Source: Rebecca billardiae RCC1528 (Eukaryota > Protista > Haptophyta). Taken from it: a stretch of DNA of 64,000 nucleotides. The notes beneath the pieces were generated by a model. It was not told the origin of the DNA, did no database searches, and saw nothing but the letters and a program-made list of their open reading frames with translations. Position numbers and translations under genes: made by a program. The DNA is taken from positions 1 through 64,000 of the forward strand of contig OZ251249.1 of NCBI GenBank assembly GCA_965240325.2, read 5' to 3'. Positions 49,601-61,700 of the stretch are shown piece by piece (positions within the stretch are counted from its first letter, which is position 1; every line of letters starts with the position of its first letter).

Positions 49601-52600
49601 CGAGGCGAGGGGCGGCGCAGTGCCACCCAATACCACAGGGAGGTGGGCCCCGACGTCTGGGGCGGCCTGCCCCGCCCCTCCCGCGCTTGCCCCAGCCTCT
49701 GGGCGCCGCCCGCCAGCACATTCCCAGCTCGCGCGCCCGCAGCCGAGCCACGCGTGCCGACGCGGCTGCTTGGGGCAGCGGTCAAAGCGATGCCCCGCAG
49801 TGAAGGAAAGCGCAGTGCCACCCAATACCACCGGGAGGTGGGCCCCTACGTCTGGGGCGGCCTGCCCCGCCCCTCCCGCGCTTGCCCCAGCCTCTGGGCG
49901 CCGCCCGCCAGCACATTCCCAGCTCGCGCGCCCGCAGCCGAGCCACGCGTGCCGACGCGGCTGCTTGGGGCAGCGGTCAACGCGATGCCCCGCAGTGAAG
50001 GAAAGCGCAGTGCCACCCAATACCACCGGGAGGTGGGCCTCTACGTCTGGGGCGGCCTGCCCCGCCCCTCCCGCGCTTGCCCCAGCCTCTGGGCGCCGCC
50101 CGCCAGCACATTCCCAGCTCGCGCGCCCGCAGCCGAGCCACGCGTGCCGACTCGGCTGCTTGGGGCAGCGGTCAACGCGATGCCCCGAGGCGAGGGGCGG
50201 CGCAGTGCCACCCAATACCACCGGGAGGTGGGCCCCGACGTCTGGGGCGGCCTGCCCCGCCCCTCCCGCGCTTGCCCCAGCCTCTGGGCGCCGCCCGCCA
50301 GCACATTCCCAGCTCGCGCGCCCGCAGCCGAGCCACGCGTGCCGACGCGGCTGCTTGGGGCAGCGGTCAACGCGATGCCCCGCAGTGAAGGAAAGCGCAG
50401 TGCCACCCAATACCACCGGGAGGTGGGCCCCGACGTCTGGGGCGGCCTGCCCCGCCCCTCCCGCACTTGCCCCAGCCTCTGGGCGCCACCCGCCAGCACA
50501 TTCCCAGCTCGCGCGCCCTTAGCCGAGCTCCGCGTGCCGACGCGGCTGCTTGGGGCAGCGGTCAAAGCGATGCCCCGCAGTGAAGGAAAGCGCAGTGCCA
50601 CCCAATACCACAGGGAGGTGGGCCCCGACGTCTGGGGCGGCCTGCCCCGCCCCTCCCGCGCTTGCCCCAGCCTCTGGGCGCCGCCCGCCTGCACATTCCC
50701 AGCTTGCGCGCCCGCAGCCGAGCCACGCGTGCCGACGCGGCTGCTTGGGGCAGCGGTCAACGCGATGCCCCGCAGTGAAGGAAAGCGCAGTGCCACCCAA
50801 TACCACCGGGAGGTGGGCCCCTACGTCTGGGGCGGCCTGCCCCGCCCCTCCCGCGCTTGCCCCAGCCTCTGGACGCCGCCCGCCAGCACATTTCCAGCTC
50901 GCGCGCCCGTAGCCGAGCTCCGCGTGCCGACACGGCTGCTTGGGGCAGCGGTCAAAGCGATGCCCCGCAGTGAAGGAAAGCGCAGTGCCACCCAATACCA
51001 CCGGGAGGTGGGCCCCTACGTCTGGGGCGGCCTGCCCCGCCCCTCCCGCGCTTGCCCCAGCCTCTGGACGCCGCCCGCCAGCACATTCCCAGCTCGCGCG
51101 CCCGCAGCCGAGCTCCGCGTGCCGACGCGGCTGCTTGGGGCAGCGGTCAAAGCGATGCCCCGCAGTGAAGGAAAGCGCAGTGCCACCCAATACCACAGGG
51201 AGGTGGGCCCCGACGTCTGGGGCGGCCTGCCCCGCCCCTCCCGCGCTTGCCCCAGCCTCTGGACGCCGCCCGCCTGCACATTCCCAGCTCGCGCGCCCGC
51301 AGCCGAGCTCCGCGTGCCGACGCGGATGCTTGGGGCAGCGGTCAGAGCGATGCCCCGAGGCGAGGGGCGGCGCAGTGCCACCCAATACCACAGGGAGGTG
51401 GGCCCCGACGTCTGGGGCGGCCTGCCCCGCCCCTCCCGCGCTTGCCCCAGCCTCTGGGCGCCGCCCGCCAGCACATTCCCAGCTCGCGCGCCCTTAGCCG
51501 AGCTCCGCGTGCCGACGCGGCTGCTTGGGGCAGCGGTCAGAGCGATGCCCCGAGGCGAGGGGCGGCGCAGTGCCACCCAATACCACAGGGAGGTGGGCCC
51601 CTACGTCTGGGGCGGCCTGCCCCGCCCCTCCCGCACTTGCCCCAGCCTCTGGACGCCGCCCGCCAGCACATTCCCAGCTCGCGCGCCCGCAGCCGAGCCA
51701 CGCGTGCCGACGCGGCTGCTTGGGGCAGCGGTCAAAGCGATGCCCCGCAGTGAAGGAAAGCGCAGTGCCACCCAATACCACCGGGAGGTGGGCCCCGACG
51801 TCTGGGGCGGCCTGCCCCGCCCCTCCCGCGCTTGCCCCAGCCTCTGGGCGCCGCCCGCCGGCACATTCCCAGCTCGCGCGCCCTTAGCCGAGCTCCGCGT
51901 GCCGACGCGGCTGCTTGGGGCAGCGGTCAGAGCGATGCCCCGAGGCGAGGGGCGGCGCAGTGCCACCCAATACCACCGGGAGGTGGGCCCCGACGTCTGG
52001 GACGGCCTGCCCCGTCCCTCCCGCGCTTGCCCCAGCCTCTGGGCGCCGCCCGCCAGCACATTCTCAGCTCGCGCGCCCTTAGCCGAGCTCCGCGTGCCGA
52101 CGCGGCTGCTTGGGGCAGCGGTCAACGCGATGCCCCGAGGCGAGGGGTGGCGCAGTGCCACCCAATACCACAGGGAGGTGGGCCCCGACGTCTGGGGCGG
52201 CCTGCCCCGACCCTCCCGCGCTTGCCCCAGCCTCTGGACGCCGCCCGCCAGCACATTCCCAGCTCGCGCGCCCTTAGCCGAGCTTCGCGTGCCGACGCGG
52301 CTGCTTGGGGCAGCGGTCAAAGCGATGCCCCGCAGTGAAGGAAAGCGCAGTGCCACCCAATACCACCGGGAGGTGGGCCCCTACGTCTGGGGCGGCCTGC
52401 CCCGCCCCTCCCGCGCTTGCCCCAGCCTCTGGGCGCCACCCGCCAGCACATTCCCAGCTCGCGCGCCCGCAGCCGAGCTCCGCGTGCCGACGCGGCTGCT
52501 TGGGGCAGCGGTCAGAGCGATGCCCCGCGGCGAGGGGCGGCGCAGTGCCACCCAATACCACAGGGAGGTGGGCCCCTACGTCTGGGGCGGCCTGCCCCGC

Positions 52601-53147
52601 CCCTCCCGCGCTTGCCCCAGCCTCTGGGCGCCGCCCGCCAGCACATTCCCAGCTCGCGCGCCCTTAGCCGAGCTCCGCGTGCCGACGCGGCTGCTTGGGG
52701 CAGCGGTCAGAGCGATGCCCCGAGGCGAGGGGTGGCGCAGTGCCATCCAATACCAGCGGGAGGTGGGCCCCTACGTCTGGGGCGGCCTGCCCCGCCCCTC
52801 CCGCACTTGCCCCAGCCTCTGGACGCCGCCCGCCAGCACATTCCCAGCTCGCGCGCCCGCAGCCGAGCCACGCGTGCCGACGCGGCTGCTTGGGGCAGCG
52901 GTCAAAGCGATGCCCCGCAGTGAAGGAAAGCGCAGTGCCACCCAATACCACCGGGAGGTGGGCCCCGACGTCTGGGGCGGCCTGCCCCGCCCCTCCCGCG
53001 CTTGCCCCAGCCTCTGGACGCCGCCCGCCAGCACATTCCCAGCTCGCGCGCCCGCAGCCGAGCTCCGCGTGCCGACGCGGCTGCTTGGGGCAGCGGTCAA
53101 AGCGATGCCCCGCAGTGAAGGAAAGCGCAGTGCCACCCAATACCACA
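43605..53147. repeat. 195-bp satellite array, about 49 units
   Basis: 'cagtgccacccaataccac' recurs every 195 bp. Shortened units carry 19-bp (44607, ~45403) or 10-bp (46959, 48119, 48499) deletions. Confidence 0.97.
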
Positions 53148-53315
53148 CACCCGGGGCACCACGGGCTCGCGCCGTTCGGCGGCGGCGCCGTGTTCGGCGG
53201 CGGCGGCTACGCCGACGGGCTGCACATGGGCGGCGCCTACTACGACCCGAGCGGCATGGACATGTTTGGCGGCTCGCAGCCGCCGCCGCTGCCGCCGCAG
53301 CCGCCGCAGCAGTGA
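53148..53315 (+). pseudogene. Inverted paralogous copy of the 3' end of the 42190-43235 fragment
   Basis: HPGHHGLAPFGGGAVFGGGGYADGLHMGGAYYDPSGMDMFGGSQPPPLPPQPPQQ* aligns with the minus-strand C-terminus at 42190-42414. Confidence 0.8.
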
Positions 53316-53796
53316 GCGCCGCAAGAGCTGCGGGCAGCCGCCGGCGGCGGCGGCACGCAGCAGCACACACGTCACGCCCCGCCCTGCCCCACGCCGCCGC
53401 CGCCGCCGCCCGCTCTCGCGCGGGCGGCGTCGCGCGCGACGACCGCTGCGCGACCCGGCGCGTGCGACGGCGGTCGTCTCTGGACGGCCAGCGCACATGC
53501 GCGGCTCGGCTCGGGCCTAGGTCCGGTGGGCCCTCGGCCTCGGGCAGCCAGCCGGGCCGCTGCGCCGGTGGCGCCCGTGCGGCTCGGCTGGGCCGCCGCA
53601 GCCTAGCCGCTTCGGGAGGCAGTCCGTGGTGCCAGTGAGCCCCCGCCCCGCGCCCCCATCTCTTCACCGTTGATGCCGGGATAAGCCCCGGTGGCCGTGG
53701 ATTCACTACTCTGGACATCACTTTCGTAGTTAGTCGTCGTCAGCACGGCCGCCCGAAGTCGGCCAAGTGCCCACTGCTACATCAATTCGAGCGTAT

Positions 53797-53824
53797 GGCG
53801 GGCCGTAGGTCCGCCCCTTGTAGT
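53797..53824 (+). mobile_element. Possible Helitron-like 3' terminus
   Basis: Hairpin ggcgggcc-gta-ggtccgcc followed by ccttGTAG|T; the canonical end is CTRR|T. Confidence 0.35.
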
Positions 53825-54530
53825 GCCCGGGAAAAAGATAAGAAAAAGAAAAGGAAAAAAGAAAATCGCCTCGCAAAGAAAAGAAAATCGCCTCGCTCAC
53901 TGCCGGGTCGCTTCGCTCACTACCGGGCGCCCTCGCAGCTCCCACTGGGGACGCTCGGCCGAAAACCATGTCGGCCATGGCGCGGAGCGCGTGGGCGGCG
54001 CGCGCCGAATCCAACGCCGGCGCGGACATCGCGAGAGACGCGAGAAGACTCCCGAGGGGGGTTTTCGCCCGATTCGCGATTGCTGCCCTCCTCGTCTCGC
54101 GTGCAGGTCGAACGGGGGCCAAAGTCGACGCGTTTGGAGGCACGCTCGGCGCGTCGACACGATCGTGCGACCTGGGGCGGTCCTCGCCCGACTTGCACGT
54201 CGAGCGCTCGCACGAGCCATAGTATTAAGCACTGCGCACGACAACCACCTCGCGCGATCCACCGTCGCGCGTCGGGCTCGGTGCGGAAAGGCCCTCATCA
54301 CGAGGTGTCTCGCGGGCGGGAAGCGCCATCGCACGCGACGCAAGATTTGGCGCGGCCTTCTGAACACCATTACCGGAATCCACACACCGGACTGTCGCGT
54401 GGCAAGGTCGGGCGCATGCAAATCCGTTTGCTACGGTCGGTGGCGTTCCAGAGCGAGCGATCATCTTTCGCGCTCGCGAGCTCGCGGCCAAAGATCGCTC
54501 CGCGCTCGAGGGCCCACGTCCCGGGCCTGC

Positions 54531-54903
54531 ATGGCGCCGACGGTGACCAATGCGACGGAGGGGCAGCGCAAAGCGGCGTACGACGCGCACCGCACGCACC
54601 TCCCGGGTTTGCAGCCGTGGAAGGAACCGCGTCTTGGCGAGGCGGCGGCCCTCGTCGCACAGCGCTCGATCCCAGACGCACATCCGCCACGAGATGAAAC
54701 GCCGAGCGTGCAACATCGTCGCCCCATCCTCCACCATGGCACGGGCGCTGCTGGACGAGGCCGACGTCGTGAAGCCAGTGGCACATGCGCTGCGCTTCAT
54801 GTGCCTGCTCGAGCAGCGCGTGCCCACCCTCGATCGCGAGTGGCACACGCTCTCGCACTGCCGGCGCGCGCGCACCGCACTTCCAGACGACCTAAACAAA
54901 TGA
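54531..54903 (+). pseudogene. Possible frameshifted coding fragment of unknown function
   Basis: Protein-like stretches MAPTVTNATEGQRKAAYDAHR... and ...ARALLDEADVVKPVAHALRFMCLLEQRVPTLDREW lie in two adjacent frames. Confidence 0.25.
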
Positions 54904-55747
54904 AACATGACATCACACTCCGCCACCACTGTTTTGCTCCGAGGGCATTGAACCGTCACCGTCAGGCGTCACAAGCAAGCCGCCGTCGCACGCCAATCAG
55001 TTGGCAGTGCGCGTGCGCGCAGTCGACGCCGGCTCGGCACGATGACGAGTAGCGCAGTGGGTGCACGAATACACGCGCAATCACACTGTCGGTGAGATCA
55101 CCAGAGTCATCTGTCGCGCGTTATTATTCGTCAGTGAGTCAGGTAGCTCACCATCATCTGTGTGTCGCATTGTTATTCGTCATCCTGCCCGTCAAACCGC
55201 TAAATAAAACTAAAAGGCGCGAATAACGACCCGCTGAAGGAAATATTGCGACAGCACTGGCACGGCCCGCCGACCCCCCCGCCCGCCAGGGCAGAGTTTA
55301 TATTTCGTCATCACTACGCTCTGAAAACTTACCCCGCCATATATCGTTCGGTTCGGCGGCGCGCGCGGCTTTTACTGCTTGCACAGTGAACACGCCCCAG
55401 CGGCGGAGCGGACAAACAATGGCGGCCGACGGCCGCGGGCCGCCCCCCAGCCTCTCTCGCACGGCGCCGCGCCCCGCTGCTGGCTGCTGACGGGTACCGG
55501 CGCTAGATGTGTTCGGAATGCAGCAGGTGACGAGTCGGCTATCATCTCAGGCCCGCGCGCCGTGCGCAGCGCCGCGAACAGCGTCAATCTTGAGCCTGCC
55601 CCGCGGCGCGGTGACGCGCAGCCGACGGCGGAGAACCGCGAGCTCATTCAAGCCTGCGCGCGCGGCGCGCGCATCGGGGCGTAGGTGGGCGAGTGAGCAA
55701 TGAGCATACGCGTGCAGTATGGCCAGTGCGCGCGCCGCAGCACGCAC

Positions 55748-55964
55748 CTTGCGGGCCCGCGCCGCGGCGGCCCTGGCCTGCTTGAGCAGCTTGCAGTTCG
55801 TCTCGAGCTTCATGCCCTTGGTCTTCTTCTGCTTCTTGCCGATCATCTTCCGCGCCGACGTGAAGCGGAAGGTCGACTCGATGCGGCTCCGGAACTGGAT
55901 GACGTGGCCGTCCTTCCGCCGCCGCGTCGTGCCCTTGGCCTTGCACGAGTTGCGCTTAGGTAAC
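55748..55964 (-). CDS. Possible exon of a Lys/Arg-rich protein of unknown function
   Basis: PKRNSCKAKG...GHVIQFRSRIESTFRFTSARKMIGKKQKKTKGMKLETNCKLLKQAR with strong G/C third positions, bounded by TAG| and AAG|GTGCG. Confidence 0.4.
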
Positions 55965-58656
55965 CTAGGAGCTGCTCGTGCTCGCGAGCGACGAGCTCAT
56001 CTCGCTGCGGCAGGACGCGCCGTACGCCGACCTCTTCATCGCGCAGACGGTGCGCGCCGCCGCGCGCCGCCGCGCGCCGCCGCGCGCCGCCGACGGCTGA
56101 GGCGTGCCCGCCCGCCCCGCGCCGCGCCGCGCGCAGGACAAGTTTGGCGACCGCGCGGCGCGCGAGGGCGCGCTCGAGCAGCGCTGAGTGAGCCGCCGGC
56201 CGCCGCGCCCGCCCGCGGGGAAGCGGTGCGCGAGGCTGGGCAGCTGCAGAGGCAGCCGCAGTGGTGGAGGAGAGCTCGCCCGTGCCGCACAGCGTCAGTC
56301 AGCGGCAGCGGCTCGAGAGTATTTATTCAGTGCAGGTCGTGTTAATGGGCGGTTATTAGCAGCGGGCGACGTAATGACCTGGCCGCACGTCGCGGCGACG
56401 CGGCGCTCGGCGCCGCCGAGCCGCACTCGCGCGCCGCCACGGCCTCCGCATCGGAGCCGCTCGCAGGCGGGCGCGTCGTCGCTCCCTCCCCCTGGATCTC
56501 GCTCCCTCGCGCCGGTCGCGCCGGTCGCGCCCTCGGCCGGGCAGAACCGACTGCCGCGTCGCTGCGCCGCCTCGGCGCGCCCCGCGGCGGCGGGGGCGGC
56601 GGCCCCGCGGCCAGCCGGTCGAGCGCTGGCACCGCGAGCCCGGCGCGCGGCGGCACGGGCGCGCGGCGCCGCCCTCGCCTGCGCGGCCGCACCCGAGCAC
56701 GGCTACGCGCAGCGCCCGCGCCCGACGAGGACGAGCCGCGCCGGGCCTCCGCGCGCCGTTCACAACCGGTTGGCCCGAGCGCGCGCGCCTCGGCGGCGCC
56801 GCCCTCGCGCGCGCCCGCGCCGCACGCCGCGCTCGCGGCTGGCTGCCGGGCGCCGCGTCCGCGGGCCGCGCCCGCGGGCCGCCGGCGCCTTTGGTGGCGA
56901 GGTCGTCGGCCTCGCAAGGGCTCGCGCCGGCGAGCGGCACGCAGGGCGAGGGCGGCACGGGCGCGCCCTCGCCGCCGCTGCCCGGCCGCCTCGCGCGCGG
57001 CTGCGCTGTCTCGCGGGAGGCGGCGATGGCTAGGGCCCCGCCGCCATCGCCCCGCCGCGCCCACCAATTCAATTCACGCCGGCCAATACTACATCACATT
57101 TAATTACACATCTTTGTGATTCCCTGGCCGCCGGTTCACGATGGCGGCTGACCGGCCCGGCCGGGGCCCAACTTGGCGGGCGCCTCGCCGCGCAGGCGGG
57201 CGCGCTGCGTGGCGCGCACGCACACCGCGCGTCGCGCGTATGCGTGGTGCCCAGCGAAACCGCGAGATGGCGCGCCCGCTGCTGCGACCGCGTGACGGCG
57301 GCCCCGTCACTCGTCGCGTGCGCGGCGCTGGCCCCCGCGCGCGCGGTCGCGCTCGGTGCCCGACAGCGCGTGTCGCGCTCCGCTTCGCTCGCCGAGCGGA
57401 GCGGCGCGGGCCGCGTTGGGGCGGAGCCTCCATGCAGCCTCACACTGCACGCGAGCTGAGCCGATGCGATCGGCGGGGCCGCGGCGAGCTGGAGCGCGCA
57501 GTGGCCACGCTGCGCGCGCAGCCGGCCGGCGCGCGCGCCGCCCGTGTGGCGGTGTGGATCGTGCACGCGGGCGAGAAGGCGGTGGGCGGTGGCGCGGGCG
57601 ACCGGGCGATCCCGCTGCGCGTGTTGCACGTGGCGGCGGGCACCATGCTCCGCGATCTGCGCGCCGAGCTCGCCGCGCCCGCCGGCGCCGTGTGCCCCTC
57701 GACGCGGCGCGGCTCGCGGCCGCCCGCGTCTGGCTGCGCCGCGGAGCCGCGCTCGAGGCTGCTCGGACGAGACATGCGATCGGGGCGCGGGGCGGGGGCT
57801 GCGTCGACCGGTGCGAGGTCCTGGGACAGCAAAAGCGCCCTGCGCGCGTCGCGTGCGGTGCACGGCCGCGCCGTCCGACGACGCCGAGGCGAGCTCGCAC
57901 CGGCGGCTGCCAGCCACTCGCGACCCCGGCGGAGCCGTCACGCACGGCAACAGCACCCTCGGCGCACGCGGCCGGCGCGGCAGCGCGCGCGGGTGCGGGC
58001 GCGGGTGCGAGGGCAACCGGTGCGCGCGCACGCACCCCGCGCGGGGCCGCAGGCGCGTCGGCTGCTCGTCGGTGCGCAACACGCCTGCCGAGCAGCTGCT
58101 GCCGCCACGAGCCGTCACGCACAGCTGCTCGGGGCAGCGAGCGCGCATGTTCGCGTCGGGGGAGGGGAGCACGTGCGCGTGCTGCCCGCGCCATGCGCGT
58201 GGTCCCGTCGCTCGCTCACGCCGGTCGCTTCGCCGACCCGCGCCGCGACGCACATTCCAACGCTGAATGTCCGTTCCGCACACCGCGCGGCCGCAGGCTG
58301 CTGAGCGGAGCTGCGCGAGCGCGCGCGCGCCCTGCTGCGGGCGAGCGGCAGAGGGCGGCGGCGCGAACGGAGCGGGCGGCGAGCACAGCCGCGCTGAGTG
58401 TGAGTGGCACCGCCACCGCGCGCCGTGGCGGCAGCAGCGTGCGGCGAGCCGTCGAGGCAGGAGCGCGGCGGCCGCGAGCGTGCCGGCCGGCCGGCCGGCC
58501 GCAGGCCGCTGTCTGCACTGCTGAGCTAGCTGCGTCGTGAGCGCGCGCGCGCCCCTGCTGCGGGCGAGCGGCAGCGGGCGGCGGCGCGAATAGAGCGGGC
58601 GGCGGCGAGCACGGACGGCCAAGCCGACGAGTGCGAGATATAGTGGCACCGCGCAC

Positions 58657-58724
58657 ATATATATATATATATACATATACATACATACATATATACATAT
58701 GTATATACATATATATATACATAT
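58657..58724. repeat. (AT)n/(ATAC)n microsatellite
   Basis: atatatatatatatatacatatacatacatac... Confidence 0.9.
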
Positions 58725-58756
58725 ACGACTACTAACTATACGACTATAGAGTTCAC

Positions 58757-61700
58757 TCACGTCTTCTGCCGCTTGGCCTTGTGCGGCTGATTCGGCGGTC
58801 GCTTGCCGCCGTCGCCCGTCTTCTCCGCCGTCGGCCTCTTCTTCTGATTCCCACCTCCGTCGTCGTCTCCGCCGCCGCGCCGAGCGTCGCCGCCGGCTGC
58901 CGCCGCGGCCGTCACGCCCTCCAATTCCCGTATCACCGCCCGCTCCCTGCTCCGCACGTCCGCGACGAAGCTCGGATCGTCCATCTGAATTGCCGACAGC
59001 AATTTGCCGCTTTTGTTGCTGATACGACGCAGCTCCGCACACCGGGCGGAGCTCACATGTGTGAGTGGGGAGAGCTCGGCGCGCCGGCGGACGCCATCCA
59101 CGGCCAGGTCGTACTTGAGCAAGAAGAAGAAGGGCTTTTCCTCAAGCGTGCACGCGCCGCGGTCCACCTCCGGGCAGCCATTGTACTCATCGTGCGGCTT
59201 GTTCTCCAACACGACGCACAAGGTGGGCTGGGTGCCCCCCCTGCCGCCAACGGCAACGTCGACGACCACCAGCGCGCCGTGCCAGACGAAGAGCCCGCCG
59301 GCGTAATCGGGGGCACGCTCGTCGTGACGCGGCTGGGGAGGTACGGTCCGCCAAGCCCAACTCCGCAGGCGACCACCGTCGGGCAACGCCGCCGGCGTCC
59401 TCGGATCACCCTCCCACCAATTCGCCTCGGCGGCCACGTCCTCCTCATCTTCGTCCCTGCGGCCGTGGAGCTTGAAGGCAAGGTCGTGCTTGTGCGCGCG
59501 CTTGCCATAGACAAGCACGGCCTCGGCCGCTTTCTCGAGGGGAACGCCCCTGCCATGCTGATCGGCTTCGTCGTCGCTGAAGCACACGGCTCCTCGCGCC
59601 CAGCGAGCATGCTCTTCGCCCGCGGCCGGCTCCTCGGGGCACCTGCCCGTATCGTCGAGCAGCGTCGGTTGCCGCAGGAGCGCGTAGATGAGCGAGCCCG
59701 CGCCGTACGGGGACAGCGAGCGCGACCCGGCAAGCCGGTGCAGCTGCAGCACCGCACTGCGCCGCACGACGTAGAGGCTGCCGGCCGAGGAGATGCAGAG
59801 GCACGGCCCTGACTCCGGCGCGTGCACGAGCGCGAGCCGCCGCTTGCGCTGGTCGTTGGACCACGCGAGCAACATCCCCGGGGTCGGCCGCAGCTCCGGC
59901 GTTGCGCCGGCGGCAGGACCACGCAGCGCCTCGGCGCTCTGCACGAGCGAATCGAACTGCTCGTCGTAGACGCGGTCGTGGAACCACGCGGGGTTGTCAC
60001 TCGCGTCGTCTGGTGCGCGGGGGATGCCACCGGCCGCCGCGTGTGGCGACGGCTGCGGCTGCTGCTGCGGCTGCGGCTGCGGCGGCGGCGGCTGCGGCTG
60101 CGGCTGCGGCTGCGGCTGCTGCTGCGGCTGCGGCTGCGGCGGCGGCTGCTGCGGCAGCTGCTGCTGCTGCGGCTGCTGCGGCGCGCGCGGCGGGCGGCCG
60201 GGGTGGTTCAGCACCGCGGCGATGGCGTCTCGCAGCAGCTTCCCGCACGCCACCGGCGAGAGCGCGTGGACGAGGTCTGGGGCCCGCCTCTCGAGCTCGC
60301 CCGCAGCGGCCTCATCGCAGCGCCACGTGCCGTGCTGCTTGCCGCGCTCGCGCAGCGTGACGCACTGCGCGGCCAGGCCAGCCAGCTCCACGGCCGCGGT
60401 GACGCACTCGGCGGTCACCACGACGCGCCCGCCGTCGTCCATCTGGTCGACGCGGCACGCGTCGTGAAACGGGTTGGAGGTGTCGGCGTCGGGCGGCCGC
60501 GGCGGCGCGCGCGAGTCCGCGCCGCCGGACGGCGCCTCTTGCAAGGAGCCGTCGGTGCGCACGGCGCGGCTGGTCCCGTCCACGGGCATGCCGTTGCCCG
60601 CGCCGGGGAACCCGCCGCCGCGCCGCCAGTCCCCCGGCGCGTCGCCCAGCGCGTCGCCGAACGTGCCCGCGATGCGCGCGTCGACGGCGTCGACATCGCC
60701 CAGCCACGCGCCAGTGTAGTGGCGCACGAGCGCCCACTGGAGCCGTAGGTCGATGCGCCCGCCGGCCGCGACGGCGCCTTCGACGCTCGGCTCGCCCACG
60801 AAGAGCGCCACCCGGCCCGGATCGGGCGAGTGGTAGACGTGCTGCCCCTGCGGCGGCCCCGCCACCGTCGACTGCGGGTCGCACCACGTCTCCTCCGAGC
60901 TCCGCGTCTGCGCCAGCGCGCGCGGAATGGCCGGGTACGAGCCGGCCGGCGCGTCGATCGGCACGCGGCCAGCCTCAAGGCCGACCGCGCGCGCGAGCAC
61001 GAGCAGCGCGTCGACGCACATCACCGCCCACGTCTCCTTGCCGTGCTCGCCGGAGCCGCCACCGGGGACGGCCGTCTGGCGCAGCCACCCCTTCGCCACG
61101 AGCTTGGCGATCAGGCCGTTCTTGAGGAGGTTCTGCGCGCGGTCGCCGCGCGCGGGGCGCAGCGTGTGAGGCGAGCGGCGCGCGCGCCGCGCGCGCCCGG
61201 CGCGCCGGGCGGCGTGATGGCGGCACACCTCGGCGTACACCGCGTCGGCATCATCGCCGTTGATGATGGTGATGTCGAGCATAGCCACGACGTTGGCGGC
61301 CTGCCGCTCGAAGATGTCGGCCACCTGCGCCGCGTGCGTCGAGAAGTAGCCGTGGCGATCCTGCGCGCGCCACGGCCAGCCGCTCGTCTGGCCGATCTTC
61401 AGCACCAGCACGAGCTCGAACCGCAGCACCGTGCTGTCCCCAGGCCGAACGGCCTGGAGGTGGGCGCTCAAGAACGCGAGCGCCTCCGCACCCGCAAGCG
61501 CCGCCGCTGCCGTGTCCGAGGCCGCGAGCACAGCGGTGAGGTGCGCGCCGAGCCTCACGAGGAACATGTAGCGCACCGACTCGTTGGCGATCGACAGCAA
61601 GCGCAGCGAGCTCGGCGAGTCGTCGCCGCGCGGCGTGTAGTGGGCGGCGACACCGGCGCGCAAAAGCATGTACACGAGGCGCAGCACCTCGACGAACGGC

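Noticed and set aside
43605-53147. CRISPR-like array
   Set aside because: No unique spacers; whole units repeat; eukaryotic context with no cas genes.
43525-53638. 65-aa repeat protein encoded by the 195-bp satellite
   Set aside because: Recurrent 10- and 19-bp deletions break the frame, and there is no unique domain or credible start; the openness is probably incidental.
57069-59042. 657-aa minus-strand ORF and overlapping plus-strand ORFs
   Set aside because: The minus ORF reads through an (AT)n microsatellite. Only ~57480-57700 (+) looks weakly protein-like, too little to call.
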